Source of the DNA: an uncultured Methanospirillum sp.
Lineage (GTDB): Archaea > Halobacteriota > Methanomicrobia > Methanomicrobiales > Methanospirillaceae
Direction of reading: 5' to 3'
Length of the DNA: 39,625 bases
Assembly: GCA_964637135.1 (NCBI GenBank)
Contig: CAZWTX010000025.1
Coordinates: forward strand, 1-39,625
Each line of letters begins with the position of its first letter. The stretch's first letter is position 1. Shown piece after piece: positions 9,849-19,252 of this stretch. The notes beneath the pieces were generated by a model. It did no database searches. It was not told where the DNA came from and was given only the letters and a program-made list of their open reading frames with translations. Position numbers and translations under genes: made by a program.

Positions 9849-11027
9849 ATGACATCCCTGGACACCTGCAGGAACCATCTTCCCGGATCCATGCTGATAT
9901 TCCTCCTGGCCGCTGTGATCTTTGTTGTGCATGGTGTTTCTGCCTCCCCTGCCCTGGTTACTGAAAAAACCCTCTGTGCTGCCCTGCCGGTTGCAGGAGA
10001 TCTCTTCCCCGGGCTGTACTGGGAGACCGATGGGCCGTCCTGTTCGTTCAACCGGGATTATGGTTCAGCAACGATCCTGTACCACGGCTATGACACGGCA
10101 GAGAAGAAGACCGGGACAGGCATGGTCATGGTACATGTCACCTGGTACCCGGAAGAGGTCTACAACTCACAGGAGTTCATGACCAATCCCTCTATCTACC
10201 GGGAATCGATACGTTCATACTGGGAGAAATTTGGATCCCCCGAAGATATCGGGGAATTGGAGGGGGGGATTCTCCTCAGTTTCTCTGAACCCGCACGGGG
10301 GAGTGAATACCAGGCATTCTTTCTCCGGTCTGCCGGCCTGTACGGGGATGTGAAGGTTCGACTGGATGGCAGCTCCGAAAAACCCGGGTTAGATCCTGAA
10401 GAATTTGCCCGGTCTGAAGCGATCAGGCTTGCAGAACTCGTGTATATCCGCCTCCTTGAATCCGGTTCCCCTGAGACATCATCCCCGTCCGCCTTCCGGT
10501 GCCCGGTTGGCGGTCAGGTCCCGCTTGCAATTGATCCGAATATCCCAAGCAGGGGACTCTGTCGTGGTGCCTGTGGTTCAGACTGTCCGCCATCCTGTGG
10601 AAAACTGCCTGATATTACCCTCTCCTTCCCCTCCGGCGAAGATGAGTACTACACCTGCACGTACCGCAATGTCACCTCCTGTGGTGGCCATGCCGGGTGC
10701 CGCGATCATGATGCCTGTTACGACCGGTGTGTCGCAGAAAGAGGTGAGACGAACCTGTTCGGCCCCTGCCACCAGTCCTGCAACACGAATTGTACCGATA
10801 CGTACGGGTTTTGCACCTGTCTTGGGTGGGTGGCCGGGTTACCGCCATATGACCAGAACCTGACCTACTCTGATCCCCCGGTCGCCACCGGACCGTTTAC
10901 CGGGCCGGTTCCGGACGGGGAGACCCCGGCTACAACAGATGCGATACACGGGAAGACTCTCGATGAGGTTCCGGCGGGCCGGCCTGAAGAAGGGATTTCG
11001 CTCGGTGCTGCCCTTGACAAACTCTGA
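9849..11027 (+). CDS. Secreted hypothetical protein with Cys-rich C-terminal domain (phospholipase A2-like His-Asp motif)
   Basis: Signal-like MLIFLLAAVIFVVHGVSA (alternative start 9891); C-terminal part rich in Cys including GCRDHDACYDRC. Confidence 0.72.
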   Translation: MTSLDTCRNHLPGSMLIFLLAAVIFVVHGVSASPALVTEKTLCAALPVAGDLFPGLYWETDGPSCSFNRDYGSATILYHGYDTAEKKTGTGMVMVHVTWYPEEVYNSQEFMTNPSIYRESIRSYWEKFGSPEDIGELEGGILLSFSEPARGSEYQAFFLRSAGLYGDVKVRLDGSSEKPGLDPEEFARSEAIRLAELVYIRLLESGSPETSSPSAFRCPVGGQVPLAIDPNIPSRGLCRGACGSDCPPSCGKLPDITLSFPSGEDEYYTCTYRNVTSCGGHAGCRDHDACYDRCVAERGETNLFGPCHQSCNTNCTDTYGFCTCLGWVAGLPPYDQNLTYSDPPVATGPFTGPVPDGETPATTDAIHGKTLDEVPAGRPEEGISLGAALDKL

Positions 11028-11056
11028 TAGGATCAAACCGATCCGTTACCGGCCTG

Positions 11057-11872
11057 TTATACCGGGGGAGAAGGAGGCTCTATCCCGGCATAGAGTTTCC
11101 TGATCAGGTCCATGAGCCCGATCCCCTTTAAGGTGAGGGAATACTGGCCTGAATTACCGTTTTTTACGACGAGACCTGCCTCGATAAGCCGGGTTACATG
11201 AAAGAGGAGATGGCCTCCCCGGTACCCGGAGAGGGCGCTCAGTTCCTTGTAACTCATGTACCCCCCGGCCAGTGCCTTGATCATCCTGAACCGTGCCGGG
11301 TGGGAGAGCGGTTCGATGAGCGAAGCAAAAGCCTCCTCCTCGGGGAGATCCCTGGTCAGGGGTATCCTTCCCTGCCGCCTTACCGCAGATCTGAATGATG
11401 ACAGCCTTCCGATTGCATCCATCAGGTGATCCCGTTCCGTGGTGTAGACCGTGTAACAGGCCTTGCAAGGCTCCCTGAGCAGTTCAGGGTAGCGGAGGGC
11501 AAGTTCACCGTCCATCATGGCCTGGGTTGCACGGAATGATGATGCATTGTCAGGATCAGCCCGTTCACCTGATTCACGGAGCCGGGAGATAAAAAAATCA
11601 ATACATTCCCCCCGGTCCATGAGGGAACAGGGATCAGGACAGACCGTGTCGAATTCACGGCGGACCGTCCCCAGGAAGAGATCGAGAAGAAGTCGCTGAT
11701 GTCCCTGGATTACCTGCTGCTGCATCGCCTCGATCCGTTCCTCGAGAAAGAACTGCTGAAAGGAGTTCAGCTCCGCAATAATCGTTTCCCCCTGCTCACG
11801 CTGAACCTGTTCCATGTCGCGAAGACGCTGTTCTATCCGGATAATTCGCTCTTCCAGTTCATTTCTCTTCAT
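11057..11872 (-). CDS. ArsR-like winged-helix transcriptional regulator with N-terminal coiled/Cys-containing domain
   Basis: C-terminal PLSHPARFRMIKALAGG...YKELSALSGYRGGHLLFHVTRLIEAGLV...YSLTLKG; N-terminal CPDPC...EC and PCKAC motifs. Confidence 0.82.
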   Translation of the reverse strand: MKRNELEERIIRIEQRLRDMEQVQREQGETIIAELNSFQQFFLEERIEAMQQQVIQGHQRLLLDLFLGTVRREFDTVCPDPCSLMDRGECIDFFISRLRESGERADPDNASSFRATQAMMDGELALRYPELLREPCKACYTVYTTERDHLMDAIGRLSSFRSAVRRQGRIPLTRDLPEEEAFASLIEPLSHPARFRMIKALAGGYMSYKELSALSGYRGGHLLFHVTRLIEAGLVVKNGNSGQYSLTLKGIGLMDLIRKLYAGIEPPSPPV

Positions 11873-11936
11873 GCAAACCCGTTGGTATACTGAAATTACC
11901 TCAAGTTATATTTTTTATACACTTCCTTGTTTCTGT

Positions 11937-12383
11937 ATGGATACCAGATCCTCACACCACGAGGGAACAGCGACCGATGCGAATGATAACGATATCAGGG
12001 CGAGATGTGGATTCCATTGCAGCCGGTGCCCGGCCTACAAAGACAACATCCATGCCGGGGCTGACCGGATCAGGGTTCACGATCTCTGGCAGAAGATCTA
12101 CGGTATGGACATGCCGGTGGAAGAACTCTGCTGCGATGGCTGTCTGAAACCTGATGACGAGAATCCGCACAAGATCGGCGGACCCTGCGTGATCCGCTCC
12201 TGCGTTCTTGAAAAGAACATCCGGCACTGTGGGTTATGCGACGATTTTCCATGCGATCTCATGGAGCGCCATCTTACCATGGTCGAGTCCATAGGCCCGA
12301 AATCACTCGGCGTGACCGGCAAGGAGGCAAATGATTTCATCACGCCGTACCTCTGCCGCGGCTTCCTCATGGAAGGACGATGA
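11937..12383 (+). CDS. DUF3795-like cysteine-rich protein
   Basis: CGFHCSRCPAY...CDGC...CVIRSC...HCGLCDDFPC pattern; start placed at MDTRSS to avoid overlap with the divergent regulator. Confidence 0.82.
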   Translation: MDTRSSHHEGTATDANDNDIRARCGFHCSRCPAYKDNIHAGADRIRVHDLWQKIYGMDMPVEELCCDGCLKPDDENPHKIGGPCVIRSCVLEKNIRHCGLCDDFPCDLMERHLTMVESIGPKSLGVTGKEANDFITPYLCRGFLMEGR

Positions 12384-12483
12384 CCCCTCTTTAAAATTCG
12401 GGTGTAAGGCAGCCTATTTGGCCATCAGGCCGTATATACCCATGGCAATGAGATTGAATATCTCACCTGCCCCATAGAATGTA

Positions 12484-14700
12484 ATGAGTTCCTCCCCGGT
12501 TGTTGACAGCATCCTTTCTGCCCGTTATCTCAGGAAAGGAGAAAATAACTTTGAGGATATCTGTCGCCGGGTATCCTCCGCCCTCGCAGATGATCCAGAT
12601 GAGCGGGCCAGGTATTACGAGGCGATGATCTCGCTCCGGTTCCTTCCGAACTCCCCGACACTCATGAACGCCGGAACGGAAATTGGTCAGTTATCTGCCT
12701 GTTTCACCCTTCCCGTACCTGACGCGATTGACGGTATATTCGATGCGATGAAGCAGGGAGCGATCATCCACAAGACCGGCGGGGGAACCGGGTATAACTT
12801 CTCACGGATCCGGCCGGAAGGCTCCCCGGTCCGGTCCACGGACGGGGTTGCCTCAGGTCCGGTCTCTTTTATGCGGGTATTTAACGCAGCAACCGACGTC
12901 ATCAAACAGGGAGGCCGGCGCCGGGGGGCAAACATGGGGATCCTCAACGTCTGGCACCCTGACATCCTCGGATTCATCACCGCGAAGAAAGAGGAAGGGG
13001 ACATTGCGAACTTCAATATCTCCGTGATGGTGAACGACCAGTTCATGGACCTTGTCGGGAAGAAGGCCTTTGATACGGTCTGGCTCACACATCCGAACAC
13101 GGGACGGGAGGTGACCGTCGGGGAGATCTGGAACGGGATCGTTGACGGCATCTGGAAGAACGGCGAACCGGGGGTCCTGTTTTACGACGAGATAAACCGC
13201 CATAATCCGACTCCCCTGCTTGGCGACATCGAGATCACCAACCCATGCGGGGAACAGCCGCTCCTCCCCTTCGAGAGTTGCGTGCTCGGGAGCATCAATC
13301 TGGATGCCTGTATCAGGGGCGGCAGCCTCGACCGGTCCCTCCTCGAGGAAACCGTCCGGATGGCCGTCAGGTTCCTTGATACTGTTGTGGACCGGAACGT
13401 CTTCCCGATCCCAGAAATCGGGGAAGCGACGCGAAAGACCCGCAAGATAGGACTCGGGGTAATGGGAGTGCACGATGCCCTCCTCCGGATCGGACGTCCT
13501 TACGATTCGGCGGAAGGTCGGGCCTGGTGCGAGGAGATCATGGAGACGATCACCCGGATCGCGGTCGATGAATCCCGCATTCTTGCCGGACGACTCGGAA
13601 CCTTCCCTGCCTGGGAAGGGAGCATCTGGAAGGAATTCCCGGTCCGGAACGCGGCCATGACCACTGTTGCCCCGACAGGAACCATTTCCCTCCTTGCCGG
13701 GTGTTCAAGCGGGATAGAACCGGTCTTTTCGTATGCGTATACCCGGAAGAACACCGTCGGGAAGACCTTTGTGATCGTCAGCCCGGTTTTTCAGGAAGCA
13801 CTCCGTGAGACTCTTACCGGGATGCACCTCTCCGGGGATGTCCTCAAGAACCGGATGGAAGAAGTCATCACCCACGTCCATAAAACCGGATCAATCCGGG
13901 ACCTCTCCTGGCTCCCGGAGCAGTTCCGGTCGCTCTTCAAAACCGCCCTTGACATCTCCTGGCGGGATCACATCCTCATGCAGGCGTCATTCCAGAAATA
14001 CGTGCATGCCTCGATCAGCAAAACGATCAACATGCCGGCCGGGGCGACAAAGGCTGATTGTGAAGAAGCCCTCCTCATGGCCTGGCGCCTCCACCTGAAA
14101 GGAATCACCCTGTACCGGACCGGGAGCCGCGAATCCGTGGTACTCTCCCTCAAGGACGAGGCTGGACCGAAGGAAAGTGAACCGGTTCTCCAGGCAGATG
14201 ACGGGCGCCGGCTCCCTGAAAAGCTCCCCTCGCTCAGTATCGAGCGTCCCCGGGAACTTGCCGGCCGGACCTACCTCTGCACGTCCGGCTGCTGCCGGCT
14301 GTACGTAACCGTCAATCTCATGGAGAACAGGCCGATGGAGGTCTTTATCCGGACGGTCGGGAGCGGGGGCTGCGATGCGAACAACAGTGCCCTCGGCCGG
14401 GCGATCAGTACCGGTCTGCAGAACGGGGTGCCATACCAGAAGTTTGTAAGGCAGTTCTCCAAGGTCACCTGTATCTCAGCCATCAAGAACCCCTCTTCAG
14501 AGGGGCTCTCCTGTGCTGATGTCGTCGGCCGGTGTATCGATCTCGCTTCAAAGAACGAGAGCATCACCACGCTCCGGGACTGGTCGATCACGAAAGAGGA
14601 CGAGGTCAGGCTCTGCCCGGAATGCCAGCAGCCGCTTGACTTCGGTGAAGGCTGTAACCAGGGAATATGCAAGCACTGCGGCTGGTCAGGCTGCAGCTGA
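12484..14700 (+). CDS. nrdJ: Adenosylcobalamin-dependent (class II) ribonucleotide reductase with C-terminal TSCPD-like domain and Zn ribbon
   Basis: FLPNSPTLMNAG, QLSACF, GGGTG, QGGRRRGANM, TNPCGEQPL...SCVLGSIN, APTGTIS, SISKTIN, KGITLYR; C-terminal SCAD, CPEC and CKHCGWSGC. No N-terminal ATP cone evident. Confidence 0.95.
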   Translation: MSSSPVVDSILSARYLRKGENNFEDICRRVSSALADDPDERARYYEAMISLRFLPNSPTLMNAGTEIGQLSACFTLPVPDAIDGIFDAMKQGAIIHKTGGGTGYNFSRIRPEGSPVRSTDGVASGPVSFMRVFNAATDVIKQGGRRRGANMGILNVWHPDILGFITAKKEEGDIANFNISVMVNDQFMDLVGKKAFDTVWLTHPNTGREVTVGEIWNGIVDGIWKNGEPGVLFYDEINRHNPTPLLGDIEITNPCGEQPLLPFESCVLGSINLDACIRGGSLDRSLLEETVRMAVRFLDTVVDRNVFPIPEIGEATRKTRKIGLGVMGVHDALLRIGRPYDSAEGRAWCEEIMETITRIAVDESRILAGRLGTFPAWEGSIWKEFPVRNAAMTTVAPTGTISLLAGCSSGIEPVFSYAYTRKNTVGKTFVIVSPVFQEALRETLTGMHLSGDVLKNRMEEVITHVHKTGSIRDLSWLPEQFRSLFKTALDISWRDHILMQASFQKYVHASISKTINMPAGATKADCEEALLMAWRLHLKGITLYRTGSRESVVLSLKDEAGPKESEPVLQADDGRRLPEKLPSLSIERPRELAGRTYLCTSGCCRLYVTVNLMENRPMEVFIRTVGSGGCDANNSALGRAISTGLQNGVPYQKFVRQFSKVTCISAIKNPSSEGLSCADVVGRCIDLASKNESITTLRDWSITKEDEVRLCPECQQPLDFGEGCNQGICKHCGWSGCS

Positions 14701-14718
14701 CCGGGAAAGGGAGAATCG

Positions 14719-15096
14719 ATGACCGGTCAGACATGCCCGTTCTGTTCACCCGGCCCGGATGTGATCGTTCTTGAGAACGCCCTTGCCTATGCCCGGTTTG
14801 ACCGCTACCCGGTCTCGCCCGGCCATCTCCTGATCATTCCGCGTCGTCATTTCTCCTCCCTGTTCGAGGCAACCGACGAGGAGGTTGCCTACCTCTGGGA
14901 CCTCATTACCCGTGCAAAGATCCTCCTCGACGAGGATTTTCACCCGGCAGGGTATAATATCGGGGTGAATGACGGTATCGCAGCAGGACAGACGATTCCT
15001 CATCTCCATATCCACCTGATCCCGCGAAACCCCGGTGATATGGACGATCCCCGCGGCGGGGTGCGGGGCGTCATTCCGGAGCACCAGAAATACTAG
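14719..15096 (+). CDS. HIT family nucleotide hydrolase
   Basis: [18 protein letters not shown] and [15 protein letters not shown] histidine triad. Confidence 0.93.
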   Translation: MTGQTCPFCSPGPDVIVLENALAYARFDRYPVSPGHLLIIPRRHFSSLFEATDEEVAYLWDLITRAKILLDEDFHPAGYNIGVNDGIAAGQTIPHLHIHLIPRNPGDMDDPRGGVRGVIPEHQKY

Positions 15097-15220
15097 TTTC
15101 CGCGAGAATTTGTCAGGTTCAATCGAAACGGTTCTCTTCTCTGTCTGGACCATGCCGGGTATCCGGGAGTATCGATCCGGATGGAAACGGGTAAACCTCC
15201 CCTGGGTAGAAATACCCTCT

Positions 15221-15748
15221 ATGGACGGATCACCAGGCAGATTGTCAGTCATCGAGGCTGATATTACCACCCTTGCGGTCGATGCCATCGTGAATGCAGC
15301 AAATGAGACCCTGCTTGGCGGCGGCGGGGTAGACGGGGCGATTCACCGGGCGGCCGGGCCGGAGCTGAGGGAATACTGCCGGACCCTCGGGGGGTGCCGG
15401 ACTGGAGAGGCGAAGATAACGCCCGGTTTCAGACTTCCTGCCCGTTTTGTCATCCATACCGTCGGCCCGGTGTACGGGGCCGGCAACGAGGAGCGACTCC
15501 TCGCATCGTGTTACCAAAATTCCCTCATGCGAGCGGTTGAAGCGGGATGCAATACGGTTGCCTTTCCCGCGATCAGCACGGGAGCCTTCGGGTATCCCTT
15601 CCCGCTCGCGTCAGCAGTGGCGGTCAGGGCAGTGAGGGAGTTTCTCGCCGGAGATCGGGCGATCACGGAAGTGATCCTCGTCGCCCGCGGTCATGAGGCA
15701 GCCCGGATTCTGGATGATGCCGTAGATCGTCGTATTACCCCTGGATAA
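15221..15748 (+). CDS. Macrodomain protein (O-acetyl-ADP-ribose deacetylase / YmdB-like)
   Basis: DIT...[42 protein letters not shown]; start placed at ATG 15221. Confidence 0.93.
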   Translation: MDGSPGRLSVIEADITTLAVDAIVNAANETLLGGGGVDGAIHRAAGPELREYCRTLGGCRTGEAKITPGFRLPARFVIHTVGPVYGAGNEERLLASCYQNSLMRAVEAGCNTVAFPAISTGAFGYPFPLASAVAVRAVREFLAGDRAITEVILVARGHEAARILDDAVDRRITPG

Positions 15749-15940
15749 GTGGCTTCTCTTCAGCAGGTATAATGATCTCTTTTCTGCTAGGATGGTTCCA
15801 TCTCCGGATGTATGGTCAGGCGGGGCCGATCACAGGTTCGGAGGACCTGAAAAGGACTGTGTCAGAAACGGGTTTTTCACCGGAGCAGACCCTGATCCGG
15901 GGATGGCACCGGAATTTTCCGGGCTGTCCCGGGACCAATC

Positions 15941-16480
15941 ATGAACAAACACTCATGTTTCGGAATTTCTCTCCTCTGCATGATCCTGATGGGAATACTC
16001 CTTCTCATCCCGGTTGTATCAGCAGATGCAGGCTACGCTGTCTCCCCGGGGTACGTAACCACGGGATACCAGACCGATCTTACCGGATATCCGGGAGTCG
16101 GCGAGGGTGAGGTAACTGTCTCCTCCCGTCCCGGATACCGGGGGAACCGGTGGATGACTGGAACCGAAGGAACCATTGTCGTCTCTGATACAATGGCGAA
16201 ACGATCATATCAGCCAGGTGAGGTTATGGTATCGGTCAGCGATCCATCAGACAGATATCTTCAGGGTTCTGCCGCAGCCGTAACGGTGACTTCGGCAGGT
16301 TCCCGGTACCTTATCCGCGATGCGGTCTCCGGGACCATCCTTGATCGGGTTTCCCTGAGCGATATCGAGCGGTACAACAGCCGGTCCGGAAATGTCTTCA
16401 CGCTCACCGGTCCGGACGTATCAGGTGTGGTCCGGGTGTATGACCGGGAAGATGGAACATTCCTCGGCTTCGGATCATAG
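15941..16480 (+). CDS. Secreted hypothetical protein
   Basis: Signal peptide ending VVSA; beta-rich mature part; C-terminal segment similar to the next gene. Confidence 0.75.
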   Translation: MNKHSCFGISLLCMILMGILLLIPVVSADAGYAVSPGYVTTGYQTDLTGYPGVGEGEVTVSSRPGYRGNRWMTGTEGTIVVSDTMAKRSYQPGEVMVSVSDPSDRYLQGSAAAVTVTSAGSRYLIRDAVSGTILDRVSLSDIERYNSRSGNVFTLTGPDVSGVVRVYDREDGTFLGFGS

Positions 16481-16633
16481 ATCGTCTTCCCCCCGGCTCT
16501 TCTCTTTTTCCATCGTTTATGCTCCCCGTGACGGACGGACCGGAAAAGGACTGTGCCAGAAACGGGTTTGTATCAGATGCAGACCCTGATCCGGGGATGA
16601 CACCGGAGGTATCCGGACCATCCCCGGATGCGT

Positions 16634-16981
16634 ATGAAGATAACCACAATGTCAGGCGTAACCGGCCTGTGTATCCTTCTGGCCGGTTTCGCAATACTCA
16701 CGATTCCGGCCGTTGCTGCCGGAGAACAGGGAGCGGCCACGAACACCATCCAGATGACCATGAACACCTCGGTTGAGTTTGACGGGATGCATTACCTCGT
16801 TAAAAACGCAGATACGGGAAAAATCCTCGAGACGATGACCCCGGCAGAGTTCGATGCCGAGAAAAAGCGTCTTGATGAGAAGTACTACTCAACAGGACCG
16901 GATGCATCCGGGATGATCACCGTGTATGACCGGGAGACCGGAGAGGTCGTCGGGACCGGGTACGGCAGAAAGACCACGTAG
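16634..16981 (+). CDS. Small secreted hypothetical protein, partial paralogue of 15941-16480
   Basis: Signal peptide (GLCILLAGFAILTIPAVAA); shares YLxxxAxxGxIL and TGPDxSGxxxVYDRExG with the upstream protein. Confidence 0.75.
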   Translation: MKITTMSGVTGLCILLAGFAILTIPAVAAGEQGAATNTIQMTMNTSVEFDGMHYLVKNADTGKILETMTPAEFDAEKKRLDEKYYSTGPDASGMITVYDRETGEVVGTGYGRKTT

Positions 16982-17035
16982 GATCCGGACTAACCAGCTG
17001 ATGACCGGAAAAGAACTGTGCCGGAATGCTTCAAT

Positions 17036-17641
17036 ATGACACATGGCCTACCTTCAGGTATGATCGCGGGAAAAGGGATTGTAGTATTCGTTCTTTTCCT
17101 GTTCACGGTCTCAATAGCCGTTTCTGCCACGGGAACCCCCGGAATGGTCGGGACGGTGGTCGTCGCAACCGGCGAGGAAGGATTGGATCCGGATAATCTC
17201 ACGACGTTCTTAATTACCTCGAATGAGGATCCCGGAGACGTGAAATTCTGATATGCGAATGCTCTCGGTTTTGGGACCGAAAATGTTGTCGTTGTCCAGA
17301 TCACGAATGTTTCGGTTCTGGAAAGATCTGATATCCGGATACCGGGAGAGGTGATCGCTCCCGGCGAGGATAAGTTCTTTTCAGATACCACCCGTGACAA
17401 GGATGCATCCCGGTACGTCCGGGTCTCGTGGGAGGAGAGCAGCCCCCTCTCTCTCACCGTCTTCCCCCCGGATGGCGAGCTCGGACCGTTCCTGGATACC
17501 TCTGACGGGAGGGAGGATAGGACTATCTTCCTGAAGATCGGCGGAGATGATGGTATCTCACCAGGCCGCTGGTTCTACCGGGTACAGAACCCGAAAGACG
17601 GGAATCCGGAAATGTTCTCTATCGAGACCTGGGAGGAATGA
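17036..17641 (+). pseudogene. Secreted protein with pre-peptidase C-terminal (PPC)-like domain, interrupted by one in-frame TGA at 17249-17251
   Basis: Track ORFs 17018-17251 and 17351-17641 are in the same frame and the 99 nt between them are open (YANALGFGTENVVVVQITNV...). Signal peptide in the first part; VSW...LSLTVFPPDG..GPF.D..DG..D..I...GRWFYRV in the second. Start uncertain. Confidence 0.7.
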
Positions 17642-18328
17642 ATGAAGTACCTTCTTCTGCTGCTTCTCTTCCTCCTCTGTCTTGCTTCCCCGGTGATGGC
17701 AGCCAGGTACACGGTCAGCAGTGCCTATGAAGATCTCCCTGAAACGGTCTCTTCCTGCCCGGACCGGGTCGGGATATGGGCACTTCCACTGTGGCTTTTC
17801 CTGACAGAGTTCCTCCTCCTCAATCCTTTCCTTGCCCTTCTTCTCAAGGGGATGGTCAGCCTCGGGTACCGCCGGGTATCCCGCGATTCGCTTCTCGATT
17901 CAGCATGCAGGCGGGATATCTTTCTCCTGATCGAAGATCAGCCGGGGATCCATCTCCGGGGGATCGCTGCATCGCTCGGGATGGAACTAGGGACCGTACG
18001 ACATCATCTGGATCAACTGGTACGGTACCGGCTCGTCTCCAAGGTTCATTCAGGGGGATTCGCCCGTTACTACCTTCCCGGGTATTCTCCCGAACAGAAA
18101 CAGTTCTACAGTCTGACCGCCTCTCCCTCTCGTAAAGAGATAATCCGCCTGTTGAACGGCTCTCCCGGTCTAACCCGTTCCGAAATCGGGAATCATCTTA
18201 TGATATCCGCCCAGGCAGCCGGCTGGCACCTCTCCCGGCTTGCTGATGACGGGATTGTCATCCCGGCAAGGGAGGGCCGCTCGGTACGGTACTCCCTCGC
18301 TCCCTGCCTGAACGCCGTGATCGGGTGA
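17642..18328 (+). CDS. Membrane-anchored double winged-helix transcriptional regulator (COG3398-like)
   Basis: Signal peptide plus second hydrophobic segment, then two wHTH units (PGIHLRGIAASLGMELGTVRHHLDQL; PGLTRSEIGNHLMISAQAAGWHLSRL); starts directly after the upstream stop. Confidence 0.85.
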   Translation: MKYLLLLLLFLLCLASPVMAARYTVSSAYEDLPETVSSCPDRVGIWALPLWLFLTEFLLLNPFLALLLKGMVSLGYRRVSRDSLLDSACRRDIFLLIEDQPGIHLRGIAASLGMELGTVRHHLDQLVRYRLVSKVHSGGFARYYLPGYSPEQKQFYSLTASPSRKEIIRLLNGSPGLTRSEIGNHLMISAQAAGWHLSRLADDGIVIPAREGRSVRYSLAPCLNAVIG

Positions 18329-18400
18329 TCGACGGGATTATTCCGGATCCGGAGAAACTGGTATGTTTCATGTACTGATCGGTCTTTTCCGGTGATGATC

Positions 18401-19198
18401 ATGTTTTTACAGGGTTCATTCTTCTCCAGGATTCTCGGGATGGAAACAGGAATAACGGTCGTAGCACCGGACGACCCGGGAGGGCCCGTCCCGTCCCCGG
18501 TGGTCTATCTCCTCCACGGCCTGTGCGGCAGAAGCAGTGACTGGGTGAATTACACCATGCTCCCCGTCTTTGCAGCAGAGTACCGGCTCACGTTCATCAT
18601 GCCTGAAGGAGCACGTTCATTTTATGCCGACATGAGGAATGGCCAGCAGTACTTCTCGTACCTGACCGGCGAACTCCCTGACCGGTGTGCTGCTCTCTTT
18701 CAGCTATCTCATAAACGAGAGGAAACGGCGATTATCGGGGCTTCCATGGGCGGTTTCGGGGCTCTCCGTGCTGCACTCTCCCTGCCAGAAAGGTACGGAT
18801 TCTGTGCTGCGTTCTCACCGCCCTGTCTCTTCCTTGAGGAGGGCCTGAATGAGATGCGATCCCCGGCCACACGAACGGACGTGATCACCGCCTGGGGAGA
18901 ACAGATTGTACGGGATTTCCAGGGGATTTTTGGTGAGCGGCTTGAGTGGAGTCCGGAATATGAACTTACTGATCTCGCTGCGAAAGCAGCCGGTGAACCG
19001 GTCAAACCGGAGATCTACCTTGCATGCGGGAGAGAAGATCCCCTGTATCCGATGAACCACCGGTTTTACGAGATCGTACAGGGGCTGGATCTCCCCGCAA
19101 CATTCGAAGAATGGGCTGGCAGTCATGACTGGTTCTTCTTCAATGAAGCCCTGCAGCGGGTGTTGAAACAGTATTTCAGGTGCAATATTCAAGGATAA
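18401..19198 (+). CDS. Putative esterase, alpha/beta hydrolase (S-formylglutathione hydrolase/tributyrin esterase-like)
   Basis: PVVYLLHGL, nucleophile elbow GASMGG, CGRED acid and GSHDW histidine. Confidence 0.9.
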   Translation: MFLQGSFFSRILGMETGITVVAPDDPGGPVPSPVVYLLHGLCGRSSDWVNYTMLPVFAAEYRLTFIMPEGARSFYADMRNGQQYFSYLTGELPDRCAALFQLSHKREETAIIGASMGGFGALRAALSLPERYGFCAAFSPPCLFLEEGLNEMRSPATRTDVITAWGEQIVRDFQGIFGERLEWSPEYELTDLAAKAAGEPVKPEIYLACGREDPLYPMNHRFYEIVQGLDLPATFEEWAGSHDWFFFNEALQRVLKQYFRCNIQG

Positions 19199-19252
19199 TG
19201 GATCATCGGGCTGATCGGCCCTGCCGGGAATGGGGGGGGTATTCCACCTGAG

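Noticed and set aside
12484..14700. Intein in NrdJ
   Set aside because: Length and motif spacing are those of an uninterrupted enzyme; no intein termini or LAGLIDADG blocks seen.
17249..17251. Selenocysteine at the in-frame TGA
   Set aside because: No Cys/redox context, TGA is a common stop here, and no SECIS could be supported by eye.
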